In this document: positions 40,795 through 51,166 of the stretch, one piece after another
How the letters are laid out: every line of letters begins with the position of its first letter
Numbering within the stretch: the stretch's first letter is position 1
Assembly (NCBI GenBank): GCA_038733315.1
Contig: JAVYPJ010000001.1
Span: 231,863-295,862, forward strand
Origin: Candidatus Aenigmatarchaeota archaeon
GTDB taxonomy: Archaea > Aenigmatarchaeota > Aenigmatarchaeia > CG10238-14 > SpSt-28
DNA: 64,000 bases
Direction of reading: 5' to 3'
The notes under the pieces: generated by a model
Databases searched by the model: none
Told to the model about the DNA's origin: nothing
What the model saw: the letters and a program-made list of their open reading frames with translations, nothing else
Program-made: the position numbers and the translations under genes

Positions 40795-42284
40795 AGAAGC
40801 TTTAAATAAATCTTGTTAATATATTTCATTGCGCATCTTCTCATATCAACATACTTTTCACTTTTTAGACAGTTAATTAATAATCTTTTCCATTTTGTTT
40901 TATCCTTAAACACCTCTGCTATGTATAAAAACTTATTGTAGAACGCTTCTCCCCTAAACTCGTTATATTCATCTTCCCAAACTAAAAAACCATTTCCAGA
41001 AAGTTCTACATCGTCAAAATCTTTTAATACTTCATCTAATCCTCCAGTTTTTGTTCCTAAGGTTGGTGTAGCGTTAACTAGGGCCATCATGTATCCGGTA
41101 CCGCAAGGTTCTTTATTTGGTAAAGAAGGATAAAGTAGTAAATCGCTTCCTGCATACATTAGTTTGGCCAATTTTTCGTTAAAACCGAAGATATATACGA
41201 ATTCTTTAAACTCTTTATGCAACTCTCTAAATCTGTCAGCTATAGACTTTCCATAACCATCATTGGGATGGTATTTCCCTAAGATTACTATTTGAGCACC
41301 ATGGGAAATAATCTTTGGTATTATTGGTATAATTTCTTCAAACCCTTTTTGATATGAGATTCTTCTTGGCAACGAAATAATCATTTTATTTATATCCAAC
41401 TCTTTCCCACAAATTTCCTTAATAGCCTCTATTAATTCTTTTTTTTTCTTTTCTTTTATATCTAAGATATTTCTTGAGTTTGCATTTCTATATTCGCTAT
41501 CTTGCCAATATTCTACATCTATACCATTTAAAATTCCAAAGACGTTTTTTTGATTAAAAATTTCCTTTAAGTTTTCGCCATAAACCTTTAAAGTTACTTC
41601 ATAATCTCTACTTACTGTGTTTACAATATCGCTTAACTTAACTCCGCAGTATAGTAAATTTATTTGGTTGTTGTATGCAAAATCTTTAATATTATTATCG
41701 CTAATTTCATGAGCTCTTGAAATGTCAAATATTTGTTGGTAAGCTATACCAGCATTATGAATAGTAAAAACAAATTTTACATTAGAGAATTCATAATAAT
41801 GAATGCTATTTTTTGCATAGAATGCTACTAAGCTAGTTAATGCATCATTTAAATGAATTATATCTGGAACAATTTTTAAAAATCTTAGTAATTCTAGTGT
41901 ACCTTTTCCTAAGAAGATGGCATACTTTAATAAGTCGCCGCAATATAGAGAGAAGCATATCTCTTCGTTATATAGAAAGTAAAAATCGGTATTGTAAGTT
42001 TCAGATTTATATATCTTTGTTTTATATATTTTATCTATCGGTACATCAATCTCTCCAATCAATTTTAAGTTAAGAGTGGAATAATCTATTTCTTCAAAAG
42101 TGTTGTTGTCGGTTATTTTATATTTGTATAGTGTAGAAACAGTTATAACTTTTAATCCTAATTCACTTAATGCTTTTACAAGCTCTTCTGAAACTTGGCC
42201 TAAACCACCTGCTCTATTTTTAAAACTCTTTAATTCTGGAGTTACGAAAACAATTTTTTTATTCAGGTTAGAAAAACTAACCAT
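40791..42284 (-). CDS. glgA: Glycogen synthase (GT5)
   Basis: RAGGLG, HLND, TIHN.G..YQ, GILNG, QKG, EPCG, TGGL. Confidence 0.85.
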   Translation of the reverse strand: MVSFSNLNKKIVFVTPELKSFKNRAGGLGQVSEELVKALSELGLKVITVSTLYKYKITDNNTFEEIDYSTLNLKLIGEIDVPIDKIYKTKIYKSETYNTDFYFLYNEEICFSLYCGDLLKYAIFLGKGTLELLRFLKIVPDIIHLNDALTSLVAFYAKNSIHYYEFSNVKFVFTIHNAGIAYQQIFDISRAHEISDNNIKDFAYNNQINLLYCGVKLSDIVNTVSRDYEVTLKVYGENLKEIFNQKNVFGILNGIDVEYWQDSEYRNANSRNILDIKEKKKKELIEAIKEICGKELDINKMIISLPRRISYQKGFEEIIPIIPKIISHGAQIVILGKYHPNDGYGKSIADRFRELHKEFKEFVYIFGFNEKLAKLMYAGSDLLLYPSLPNKEPCGTGYMMALVNATPTLGTKTGGLDEVLKDFDDVELSGNGFLVWEDEYNEFRGEAFYNKFLYIAEVFKDKTKWKRLLINCLKSEKYVDMRRCAMKYINKIYLKLL

Positions 42285-42335
42285 ATAATATATTATAAAA
42301 GTTTTACAGTATATAAATAATCTTTAAAATGTTTT

Positions 42336-42854
42336 ATGAGGATAAATGTAAAAGATTTAGTAGAAATTTTTTTAATTCTATTTTTAGCCTTTTTTATTTA
42401 TAGAGTCTTAATGCCAATAGCCTTTGGACATCCATATACTTTAACTGTGGTAGTTAGTGGTTCTATGATGCATGTCGAAAATTTAGATAAGAAGCACTAT
42501 GAATTTTTAGAAAAAAATTTTGGATATAATAAATCTTTTATAGATTCTTGGCCATTAAAAAAAGGTTTTGGAATTGGGGACATCTTAGTTGTGTTAAAAT
42601 CTAAAAATTATAGTGTTGGAGATGTAATAGTTTTTGAGAATAAATGCCAAAAAATTCCAATTGCACATAGAATAATTTATATTAATAGCGATGGTACTTA
42701 TCAGACTAAGGGCGACAATAACTATTCGCAAAACCCATCTATATGCTACAACGAGAAAAAAATCTCAGAAGATGAAATATATGGAAAAGTGGTGTTTGTT
42801 ATACCTAAGATAGGTTTAATAAGATATCTTATATATTTGATTTTAGGTTTTTAA
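42336..42854 (+). CDS. Signal peptidase I (Sec11-type)
   Basis: VVSGSM, GD, HRI, TKGDNN. Confidence 0.9.
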   Translation: MRINVKDLVEIFLILFLAFFIYRVLMPIAFGHPYTLTVVVSGSMMHVENLDKKHYEFLEKNFGYNKSFIDSWPLKKGFGIGDILVVLKSKNYSVGDVIVFENKCQKIPIAHRIIYINSDGTYQTKGDNNYSQNPSICYNEKKISEDEIYGKVVFVIPKIGLIRYLIYLILGF

Positions 42855-43362
42855 ATCTATAGTTTTTTCTTTGGATTTCTCTATTTAAAAAAGAGTAAAC
42901 TGTAGAATGCTCTTTACCTTCTAATAACATTTCTATGGCTCTTCTAGCTACTATAGAGTTTTCTTCGTCGGTTATTATTCCAACTAAATTTCTATATATT
43001 GAAATTTTAGAGTTTGTTAGTTTCTCTATGTTTCTCTTTACTTTTCCATTTCTTCCTATTATTCTACCCTTAAGCTCTTTTAACCTATCTCTATTTTCTC
43101 TATTTTTTAAATATTTCTTTATCTCAATTACTTGAAAGCAATAATCCTCTTTTAAAAGTTTTCTACATTCGTTCTCATCAAATCCAAATATTAGGGCGTT
43201 AATAATTTCTTTAATTCTTAAAATGTTGTACCATTCGTTAGTTTCTACCTCTAAAATATTATAATTTTTCAAATCGATTTTTACGCTAAGCTTTTCCTCT
43301 ATATCTTTTATAAATTTTTCTTTCATTTTCATTTCTTTCGGTACTCTAATTTCTATTTTCAT
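42829..43362 (-). CDS. KH-domain ribosome biogenesis factor (Dim2/Pno1)
   Basis: KGRIIGRNGKVKR.IE, AIEMLLEG..HSTVY. Confidence 0.88.
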   Translation of the reverse strand: MKIEIRVPKEMKMKEKFIKDIEEKLSVKIDLKNYNILEVETNEWYNILRIKEIINALIFGFDENECRKLLKEDYCFQVIEIKKYLKNRENRDRLKELKGRIIGRNGKVKRNIEKLTNSKISIYRNLVGIITDEENSIVARRAIEMLLEGKEHSTVYSFLNREIQRKNYRFKNLKSNI

Positions 43363-43366
43363 AAAT

Positions 43367-44794
43367 TTATACTTTTATTCTAAAATAGCTTTTATCTTTT
43401 TTATCATATATTTCTATGCCAAATTCGTTTAATACACTTCTTATTTTATCAGAATATTTAAATAGATTTTCTTTTCTCATTTCATCTCTAATTTCTACTA
43501 TTTTTTCTATAAGGGCTTCGTTTATTTTGCTTTTTCTTTCTGTATAAAACAATCCTAAGATTTTATTTCCAATCTCAAAAAATATCTCATAAATTTTGTT
43601 TGCTTCGTCTTTTCCAATGTTTTCTATGTTAGAGAGTATAATGTCGCTCATCTCTAAGTATTTTGAAAGGGCTAATGGAAAATTTAAATCATCCGCTAAG
43701 GCTTCTAAAAATTCTTGTTTTAATTTTTCGATGTTATCTGATATTATATTCGTTTTTTCCTCTTTTTTAACACTTTTCAAATAATCTAAGGTTCTATATA
43801 GTTTGTCCAAGATTTCTTCACATTCTTTAATAATATTTTCATTAAAATCTAATTCGCTTCTATAATGGGCTCTTAGGAAAAAAATTCTTAAAATTTCTGG
43901 ATTATATTTTGAAAGGAAATCTTTTAAAATTATAAAGTTTCCTTTCGATTTACTCATTTTTTCTCCATTAACAGTTAAAAAATTTACATGCATCCAATAT
44001 TTTACAAATTGCTTATTAGTTATTGCCTCTGTTTGTGCAATTTCGTTTTCGTGATGCGGAAAAATTAAATCCATTCCACCACCATGTATATCTATTTGCT
44101 CTCCTAAGTGTTTTAAATTCATTATACTACATTCTATATGCCAACCCGGGAATCCTTTTCCATATTTTGAATTCCATTGTAATGGATAATTCTCATCTTT
44201 AACAAATTTCCATAGTGCGAAATCGGCGGGATTTTTTTTAGTTATATCTGGTTCAACTCTGTGTTTTATTAATTCCTCTTTTTTAATTCCACTTAATTTT
44301 CCATAATTTTCGAATTTTGATACATCGTAATAAATTCCTGTTTCAGTTATGTAAGCATAGCCTTTTTCTATTAATTTATCTATGAATTCTAAAATTTCTG
44401 GAATTAATTGAGAAGGCCTTGGCTGAATATTAGGTCTTCTAATGTTTAGCAAATCCATTGCTTTAAAAAACTCAAACATATACTTATCAACTATTTCCCA
44501 TGGACTTATTTTTTCTTTTTTTGCTTCTAGGATAACTTTATCTTCCCCTTCTAAAATTTCTCCACTTAAATGACCTACGTCAGTAACATTTCTTACGTAC
44601 TTTACTTTATAGCCTAAATATTCCAAGAATCTTATGAGTATGTCGAATGTTACATAAGTTCTCGCATGGCCTAAATGTGTATGAGAATATACAGTAGGAC
44701 CACAAACATAGATTTTTACAATTTTATCTTCTATAGGTTCAAAAACTTCTTTTTTTTTGGTTAAAGTATTAAAAAGTTTAACTAAAATCGTCAT
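43367..44794 (-). CDS. cysS: Cysteinyl-tRNA synthetase
   Basis: YVCGPTVY..HLGH, PGWHIECS, DIHGGG.DL.FPHHENE, KMSKS. Confidence 0.97.
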   Translation of the reverse strand: MTILVKLFNTLTKKKEVFEPIEDKIVKIYVCGPTVYSHTHLGHARTYVTFDILIRFLEYLGYKVKYVRNVTDVGHLSGEILEGEDKVILEAKKEKISPWEIVDKYMFEFFKAMDLLNIRRPNIQPRPSQLIPEILEFIDKLIEKGYAYITETGIYYDVSKFENYGKLSGIKKEELIKHRVEPDITKKNPADFALWKFVKDENYPLQWNSKYGKGFPGWHIECSIMNLKHLGEQIDIHGGGMDLIFPHHENEIAQTEAITNKQFVKYWMHVNFLTVNGEKMSKSKGNFIILKDFLSKYNPEILRIFFLRAHYRSELDFNENIIKECEEILDKLYRTLDYLKSVKKEEKTNIISDNIEKLKQEFLEALADDLNFPLALSKYLEMSDIILSNIENIGKDEANKIYEIFFEIGNKILGLFYTERKSKINEALIEKIVEIRDEMRKENLFKYSDKIRSVLNEFGIEIYDKKDKSYFRIKV

Positions 44795-44836
44795 AATAAG
44801 CTATTGTGTTGTAAAAAAATAAAAATAAAAGCTTGC

Positions 44837-45124
44837 TTACTTTGCTAGTACAATTTCTATTGTTGAAACATTTGCTTTCTTTCCGGTTTGTGGATTTTCT
44901 CTTTCTTCACTATCTATTGTTATACTTTTTATTTGAGCTTCCTTTACATACCTTCTTTTTACTATGTTTGCTATATCAACAGCTCTGCTTATAGCTCTTC
45001 CTCTTGCTCTTATTTTTATCTCTTTTTGTCCAGCTCCAAACTGTGTTATTACTGCTAGTATATAGCTCATTAGAGGTTTCTTACCTATTAGTATTACATT
45101 ATCTTCTTTCTTTGCTTCTGTCAT
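44837..45124 (-). CDS. albA: Alba DNA/RNA-binding protein
   Basis: IGKKPLMSY, RARGRAISRAVD, VSTIEI. Confidence 0.95.
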   Translation of the reverse strand: MTEAKKEDNVILIGKKPLMSYILAVITQFGAGQKEIKIRARGRAISRAVDIANIVKRRYVKEAQIKSITIDSEERENPQTGKKANVSTIEIVLAK

Positions 45125-45158
45125 TTTAAATAAATTAATCTTAAAAAATAAATTTATT

Positions 45159-45464
45159 ATGTCGCTTAGTAATTTTTTGTTTGGATTTTTACTGCCTTTT
45201 TTTCTGTTTTTTCTCTTAGTTTATGCATTATTAAGGAGGGCTCAAATCTTTAAAGAATATACTATAGAGTTTGGGATTTCTTTTATAATAGCTTTGTTAG
45301 GTAGTTATTGGCTTTATGTAAATAATCTTAGCGATATTTTATTAGCTTCTTCTGGATTGGTTATAATTATAATTTTTTTAGCTTTAATAATCTTTTCTAT
45401 AGCATTTAGCGGATATAAAAGAATAAAAGAAACCTATAGGGAAGAGGTTAAAAAAGAAAAATGA
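45159..45464 (+). CDS. Small 3-TM membrane protein
   Basis: Hydrophobic; LPFFL..VYALL...IF pattern. Confidence 0.6.
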   Translation: MSLSNFLFGFLLPFFLFFLLVYALLRRAQIFKEYTIEFGISFIIALLGSYWLYVNNLSDILLASSGLVIIIIFLALIIFSIAFSGYKRIKETYREEVKKEK

Positions 45465-45739
45465 TCGAAAGTTTAATTTTTGGAATTTTGTTCTTTTTCT
45501 TAAGTTTTCTAATAACCTTAGGGATTTTAAATAGATTAAACATTTTTAACTCTAAATTTATAAATTATATAATAGCAATATCCATAGCTTTTTATTCCTT
45601 TTTAACTATAAACTATTTTAATTTATTGTCTACCCTTATATCCTTTTTGCTTTTAGGTCTGTTATTTTTATTTTTCATGGTTTTGATATTTTTCTCGTTT
45701 TCTATTGCTAGGGGCAAAAAATCTCAAGTAAAGCATTGA
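45461..45739 (+). CDS. Small 3-TM membrane protein, probable paralog of the previous gene
   Basis: Similar layout; ATGA overlap. Confidence 0.6.
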   Translation: MIESLIFGILFFFLSFLITLGILNRLNIFNSKFINYIIAISIAFYSFLTINYFNLLSTLISFLLLGLLFLFFMVLIFFSFSIARGKKSQVKH

Positions 45740-45787
45740 TTTAAAATCTTTAAAAAGCTATATAAAAAGAACAATTATTTATATTTT

Positions 45788-46438
45788 ATGCCTACTCTAA
45801 GGAGCGGAGCGGTAATAGTTGGAGTATATGCAATAAAAATAAGAAGATCTCTTTTTGCTCAGTTAAAGGATAAAATAAGGTCAAAAGAAATAGATACTAA
45901 GGAAATTGCTAGGGCAAGCGGAGAAATAAATAGAATGCTATATTTATTATTCGTAGAAAAATTAAGGATGGATAAGGGGGACGTTGTTAGAATATCGATA
46001 GATTATGAAATAACTCCAGAAAATTCTATTGTTTGGAAGTATGAGACTCTAAAGGTAGAAGCTTATAGAAAAGTTCCGGAAGACGAAATTTCTAGATATA
46101 TAGAAGAAATAAGGAAGAATTTAGAAAAAATGTCCGAGTTAAAAACAGAGGAATATGAAATTATTAAGTTGAGGGAAACGAAGTTGGGAGATATAATTTT
46201 TGATGTTAAAAAAAGTGGAAAGACGGTTGGAATAATTTTAGCTACACAAATAGATCAAGAAATAATAGTAAGAGGGGCAGTTAAAGAACCACCTTTAATA
46301 ATTTCTAAATCCAGATTAGAAATAAAAGAAAATTTAGAAAATACTGTAGTTAAGAGTTTTTCTGAATTATTGAGGAGAGCAGTTTCGGCTAGCGAGAATG
46401 AAGTGGAGAAAATAATCAATGAGATTAAAGAGCTTTAA
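45788..46438 (+). CDS. DUF2258 / ThermoDBP-related nucleic-acid-binding protein
   Basis: LRSG.VI.G.YA.KIRR..FA, KGDVVRI.IDYE. Confidence 0.75.
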   Translation: MPTLRSGAVIVGVYAIKIRRSLFAQLKDKIRSKEIDTKEIARASGEINRMLYLLFVEKLRMDKGDVVRISIDYEITPENSIVWKYETLKVEAYRKVPEDEISRYIEEIRKNLEKMSELKTEEYEIIKLRETKLGDIIFDVKKSGKTVGIILATQIDQEIIVRGAVKEPPLIISKSRLEIKENLENTVVKSFSELLRRAVSASENEVEKIINEIKEL

Positions 46439-47019
46439 TGAACCTTCTTTTAAAATTTTTTTCCGAGTTTCAGAATTTTGTTTCTAAGAATGTCGTTATA
46501 GAATATTTAGATTTTGAGAAAGTTAAAAAGATTGGATTTTTAGATTGTGGGTATAGAAAAGATAAAATTAAATGTGTTTGTTTAATTTTTAATAAAGAAA
46601 AAAACATAATAGAAAAATCAGATGAAATAATAGGTAATACATTCTTTCCATATATTCCTGGGTTTCTTTTTTTGAGAGAGGCGCCATATATGTTTGAATT
46701 AATCGATAGAAATCCTGCAGATTTGTATGTTATCGATGGCCATGGATTAGCTCATCCAAGAAGGGCTGGAATAGCTACTGTAATAGGTGTGATAAAGAAT
46801 GTTCCAACAATAGGAATTGCCAAGAGTTTTTTATTTGGGAAAATCGAAAATAATAAAATTTTTTTGGATAATATGCAAGTAGGAATAAAGTTTGAAAGAT
46901 ATTATTTGAGCATAGGAAATAAGGTTGATTTGAAAACTATTGAAAGTTTTTTAAGTTTTTTTAATTATAAATATCCCTGGCCGATGAAAGAAGTTGATAG
47001 GATATCTAAGCTACTTTAA
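46438..47019 (+). CDS. nfi: Endonuclease V
   Basis: PYIPGFL..RE.P, DGHG.AHPRRAGIA, TIG.AK. Confidence 0.92.
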   Translation: MNLLLKFFSEFQNFVSKNVVIEYLDFEKVKKIGFLDCGYRKDKIKCVCLIFNKEKNIIEKSDEIIGNTFFPYIPGFLFLREAPYMFELIDRNPADLYVIDGHGLAHPRRAGIATVIGVIKNVPTIGIAKSFLFGKIENNKIFLDNMQVGIKFERYYLSIGNKVDLKTIESFLSFFNYKYPWPMKEVDRISKLL

Positions 47020-47843
47020 ATATAGGTATATAGCAATTCTGCTAGGTTTTTTATAGTAGAGTTTGATAGAAGTGTTTTTAGGTTTTCTTGAGCTTCTGTA
47101 ATCCCAGGTTTTAAATAATTTTTATGGAAAAAATTGTTTATATCCGATTTAACTTCGTCAGAGATACAAGATTTGCTAAGTATGTCGGCGTTTTCTCTAT
47201 CTATTAAAAATTTCTCAGTAATTCCGAAATATACTTCAAAGTATTTGCGTTTTTGCTCTCTACTTGTTTTATCATAAAAATATACGGCTAGACCCTTAGG
47301 AGTTTTTTCTTTCGTAGAAAGTATATTAAGTTGGTATATGATATCTTCTATTGTCTTACATATAGTTTTGTTTTCGCTTGAGTCGTTATTTATAACGCTA
47401 TAAACATTTTTCTCAATTCTTTTATTTAGAAGTGGATTGCTTTCTTTTAATTGATATTTCGACATTTCATTTCTTACCAAATCTCCAAATATATTTTCAA
47501 GAATTTTTAACCTTTTATAAAAGATAGAACACTCACTTATATTTAAATATTTATCTACTTCTTTTGATTTTTTTAGACTAAAGTTTGAATTATAAGAGAC
47601 TAATATACAATTTTTGTTCTCATCGAACTTAATAAAAAAATTACCTACGATTTCTTCATTTATTAATTCTTCTATATCTAATTTAGTTTCTCTGTTTTTG
47701 TGGTATTGTTCTATTTTTATGTTAGGTTTTTTAAGGAATGTGGATGAAGGAATGACGTTAAAGTTATTTATTTCTTTTTCTAATTTTTCCTTTAAATTTT
47801 TCTTTTCACTGATTAACTTAGATATAATGAGGCTTGGAATCAT
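47016..47843 (-). CDS. Hypothetical protein
   Basis: 275-aa ORF, no recognised motif. Confidence 0.55.
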   Translation of the reverse strand: MIPSLIISKLISEKKNLKEKLEKEINNFNVIPSSTFLKKPNIKIEQYHKNRETKLDIEELINEEIVGNFFIKFDENKNCILVSYNSNFSLKKSKEVDKYLNISECSIFYKRLKILENIFGDLVRNEMSKYQLKESNPLLNKRIEKNVYSVINNDSSENKTICKTIEDIIYQLNILSTKEKTPKGLAVYFYDKTSREQKRKYFEVYFGITEKFLIDRENADILSKSCISDEVKSDINNFFHKNYLKPGITEAQENLKTLLSNSTIKNLAELLYTYI

Positions 47844-47856
47844 ATATATCTAAAAT

Positions 47857-49170
47857 TTAAAAAAATAAATTTTTTAAAGAGGCATTATCTATTAAAGCAC
47901 CCCTTAAGAAATTCGGATAAATGTCTTTTATTTCAACTCTAACAAATTTGCCAAACTCAGCATTTTTTAAGAAAATAGGTTTATAGTAAATATTTCTTGC
48001 AATAAACCCATCGCTTATTTTTTCATCAACTAGCGAAATTCCTTTCCATCCTTTCCATTTTTTATTGTTTTCTAAGGATATTTCTCTAATTAATTTATGC
48101 AAAAATTTAGATCTTTCGTCAATTATTTTGGAGTGTAGTTTTTTTAATTTAGAAGCATAAGTATTTGGTCTTGGAGAAAATTTTGATAAATTAACTACAT
48201 CTGGTCTTAATTTTTTTAACAATTCTACTGTTAGCTCGAAATCTTTTTCAGTTTCTGTTGGATAACCAACAATAATATCTGTTGCTATAGTTATATCTTT
48301 CACAATTTTTCTAAATATATTAACCCAATCTAAAAATTCTTCTATTGTATATCCTCTTCTCATATCGTTTAAAACTTTGTTCGAACCGCTTTGTACTGGA
48401 ATGTGTAAGAATTTAAAAATTTTTTCATTTTTGAACAATTCAGCTAATTTTTCTATTTCCATTTTTTTAAAATGTAGCGGATTCATCATACCAATTCTTA
48501 TCCAAAAGTTTCCTTCTATCTCTATTAAACTTTCTAACAAATCTATTAATGTAACTCCAATATCTTTTCCATATGCTGAGTTGTCCTGAGAAGTTAGCCA
48601 AATTTCTTTTGCATCATTTTTTATGGCGTTAATAACTTTTTCCTTTATTTCACTTATTCTATAACTCTTTAAATTTCCTCTTGCAATTTTTGTTTCGCAA
48701 AAGCTACAAAAAGATAAACATCCACTCGCTATTTGTACAATTTCAATAATAGGATTAAATCTTATGGATGGTAGCTTTGCTTTGTTAGCATTTCCACTTA
48801 ATTCAACTCTTCTTAAACTTTTTAACGCATCTATTGCTACTTCAGCAATTTTATCTATGGAATCTGGAGCTACTAAGCTTGCTTTTGGATTTATTTTTTC
48901 AATTCTTTTTGGTTCCGTCTTTGCCATACAGCCAGCAACTATTAATGGCTTTTTGAGCGATGATAAAAATCTAATTCTTTGAATCATTCTACTAGCGGTC
49001 GCTTGTTTAACTACGCATGTATTAATTATATTTATGTCTGAATCCATCGGATTATTAACTATCTCAAAATTATGTTCTCTTAGCAGAGCTATCATAATCT
49101 CGCTATCGTTTTTATTCGCAGCGCATCCATATGTTTCTAAATAAACTTTATAAGTCTCTAATTTTTGCAT
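47857..49170 (-). CDS. mtaB: tRNA methylthiotransferase (MtaB/e-MtaB, radical SAM)
   Basis: TYGC..N..D, NTC.V, GC, CLSFCSFC, HIPVQSGS, IIVGYPTET, TRAM tail; ATG at 49170. Confidence 0.88.
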   Translation of the reverse strand: MQKLETYKVYLETYGCAANKNDSEIMIALLREHNFEIVNNPMDSDINIINTCVVKQATASRMIQRIRFLSSLKKPLIVAGCMAKTEPKRIEKINPKASLVAPDSIDKIAEVAIDALKSLRRVELSGNANKAKLPSIRFNPIIEIVQIASGCLSFCSFCETKIARGNLKSYRISEIKEKVINAIKNDAKEIWLTSQDNSAYGKDIGVTLIDLLESLIEIEGNFWIRIGMMNPLHFKKMEIEKLAELFKNEKIFKFLHIPVQSGSNKVLNDMRRGYTIEEFLDWVNIFRKIVKDITIATDIIVGYPTETEKDFELTVELLKKLRPDVVNLSKFSPRPNTYASKLKKLHSKIIDERSKFLHKLIREISLENNKKWKGWKGISLVDEKISDGFIARNIYYKPIFLKNAEFGKFVRVEIKDIYPNFLRGALIDNASLKNLFF

Positions 49171-49210
49171 ATTATTAAATTGATTTTTCACTATAAACCT
49201 TAATTCAATT

Positions 49211-50527
49211 ATGTATAACTCAATTTTGATAGGAATCGACGAAATATGGTTAAAATCAGAAACTACAAAGAAAAAACTAATGAAAATTCTAATAAATGAT
49301 ATTAAAAAAAGAATTAATTCACAAAAAATTATTGAAAAGAGGGGAAGAATAATAATAGAGGAATATAAAGAGGATTTTATAGAAACTCTTAAAAAAGTTT
49401 TTGGGATAAAAGCAACATATCCCGCTATTAAGGTTAAGAGTAATTTGGAAGAAATTTCAAAAGTTGTTTTAAATCTATTGGAGAACTTTAATGGAAGTTT
49501 TAAAATTAAGACAAAAAGAATTTTTAAGAAGTTTCCAAAAAATTCTTTGGAAATTAGTAGAGAGATAGGTGAGATTATAGTTAGAAATAGAAATTTAAAA
49601 GTGGATTTGAAAAAACCAGATAAAACAATTTATATAGAAATAGATAAAGATTTTTCTTTTGTTAGCGATAAGAAAATAAAATGTTTTGGTGGATTGCCGT
49701 TAGGTGCTGAAGGAAAAGGTTTAATGTTACTTTCTGGCGGAATGGATTCAATGTTAGCATCGATTTTAATCGGAAAAAGGGGTTTAGATTTAGATTTCCT
49801 TTTTATTAATTTAGGTGGAAATATAATGGAGCAATTTTTGATTAGGTCCTTTGAAAAATTGAAGGAATATTTTCCGAATTCAAATTTATTTGTACTAGAT
49901 TTTAATTTTGAAAATTTTTTAAAGATAAAAGAAGGCTATAGGCAGATTTGTTTTAAAAAACTACTATATAAAGTTGCAGAATATTCGGCGAAGTCTAAGG
50001 GTTATAAAGTAATTGTTAGCGGGGAAAGTATTGGACAAGTATCTTCTCAAACCTTAGATTCCTTAGTTTTGCTAGAGAGTTTAATTGAAATACCAATTTT
50101 AAGGCCATTAATTTCTTTTAATAAGGATGAAATAATTAAGATTGGAAAAGAGCTTGGATTAATAGAATTTAGAGCACCAGAGATTTGTCAATTAGAGAAG
50201 CATTCAGATTCACATCCAAAAAAAGAAATTTTGTTAAAGGAATTCTCTAAATTAGAAATAAATTTTGAAGAGCTATTAAAAAATATTAGAGAGCCTAAAA
50301 AAGAGGATATAGATTTCTCTTTTTTTATAGATAAGTTTGACAAAAATTTAACTGTAGTAAATATAAAGGATTTTGAAAAAACTGTTTTCGAAAAAAGCAA
50401 AAAATATCTTATTGTTTGTGATAGTGGAATAATTTCTTATAAAATTGCTAAAAAACTTAGAGAAAATGGAATAGAAGCATATTCCTTAGATAGTAAAACA
50501 GCAAAAAGGTTAGGATATTTATTTTAA
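49211..50527 (+). CDS. thiI: tRNA 4-thiouridine synthase with THUMP, PP-loop and rhodanese-like tail
   Basis: EIWLKS, GGLP.G, LLSGGMDS, GESIGQVSSQT, RPL, C-terminal IVCDSG. Confidence 0.88.
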   Translation: MYNSILIGIDEIWLKSETTKKKLMKILINDIKKRINSQKIIEKRGRIIIEEYKEDFIETLKKVFGIKATYPAIKVKSNLEEISKVVLNLLENFNGSFKIKTKRIFKKFPKNSLEISREIGEIIVRNRNLKVDLKKPDKTIYIEIDKDFSFVSDKKIKCFGGLPLGAEGKGLMLLSGGMDSMLASILIGKRGLDLDFLFINLGGNIMEQFLIRSFEKLKEYFPNSNLFVLDFNFENFLKIKEGYRQICFKKLLYKVAEYSAKSKGYKVIVSGESIGQVSSQTLDSLVLLESLIEIPILRPLISFNKDEIIKIGKELGLIEFRAPEICQLEKHSDSHPKKEILLKEFSKLEINFEELLKNIREPKKEDIDFSFFIDKFDKNLTVVNIKDFEKTVFEKSKKYLIVCDSGIISYKIAKKLRENGIEAYSLDSKTAKRLGYLF

Positions 50528-50546
50528 TTTTCATTTCCAAAGAATT

Positions 50547-50810
50547 ATGAAGATAGAAAAGATAAAAGAGATTTGTGGAGGTAGTTATTCAGTTGTTTTA
50601 TCTGAAAAAATAGATTTTAGTTTAATAAAAAATTTTTTTGAGCAAAAACCAATTTTCGATGAGTTAGGCATTCTTAAATATAAAATTGATTCTAAGGAAA
50701 TAACTTTTTTTGATAGCGGCGAAATAGTTTTTAAAGGGTTTAAAAAAGAAGAGATTTTGGATTTTTTAAATAAGCTAAAAAAGAGTATGAAGAAAAATAT
50801 AAATTCATAA
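50547..50810 (+). CDS. Small protein resembling the C-terminal domain of some MoeB/ThiF enzymes
   Basis: ICG.....ITFFDSGEIVFKG pattern; recognised by eye only. Confidence 0.4.
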   Translation: MKIEKIKEICGGSYSVVLSEKIDFSLIKNFFEQKPIFDELGILKYKIDSKEITFFDSGEIVFKGFKKEEILDFLNKLKKSMKKNINS

Positions 50811-50826
50811 ATGATTAAATATTAAA

Positions 50827-51153
50827 ATGGTTGAAATAAGAAAGATTAGTGAGTTTACAGATATTCTATCAAAATCGGAAAAAATACCGATTATAATAGA
50901 TTTTTATGCTGATTGGTGTATGCCTTGTAAAATGCTATCTCCTATTATAGAAAAGATAGAAAAAAAATTAGATGGGAAAATTAAAGTTTTGAAAGTTAAT
51001 GTGGAAGAATTTCCAGAAATATCGATGAAGTTTGAAATAATGAGCATACCGACGCTAGTTTTAATTAAAGGAGGTAAAGAAATAGATAGAATTGTTGGAC
51101 TAGTTTCTGAAGCAAAAATTTTAGAGTGGCTAAAATCGCATAAGGTAATTTAA
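50827..51153 (+). CDS. trxA: Thioredoxin
   Basis: DFYADWCMPCK, SIPT. Confidence 0.93.
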   Translation: MVEIRKISEFTDILSKSEKIPIIIDFYADWCMPCKMLSPIIEKIEKKLDGKIKVLKVNVEEFPEISMKFEIMSIPTLVLIKGGKEIDRIVGLVSEAKILEWLKSHKVI

Positions 51154-51166
51154 AAATCTTTAAGAG

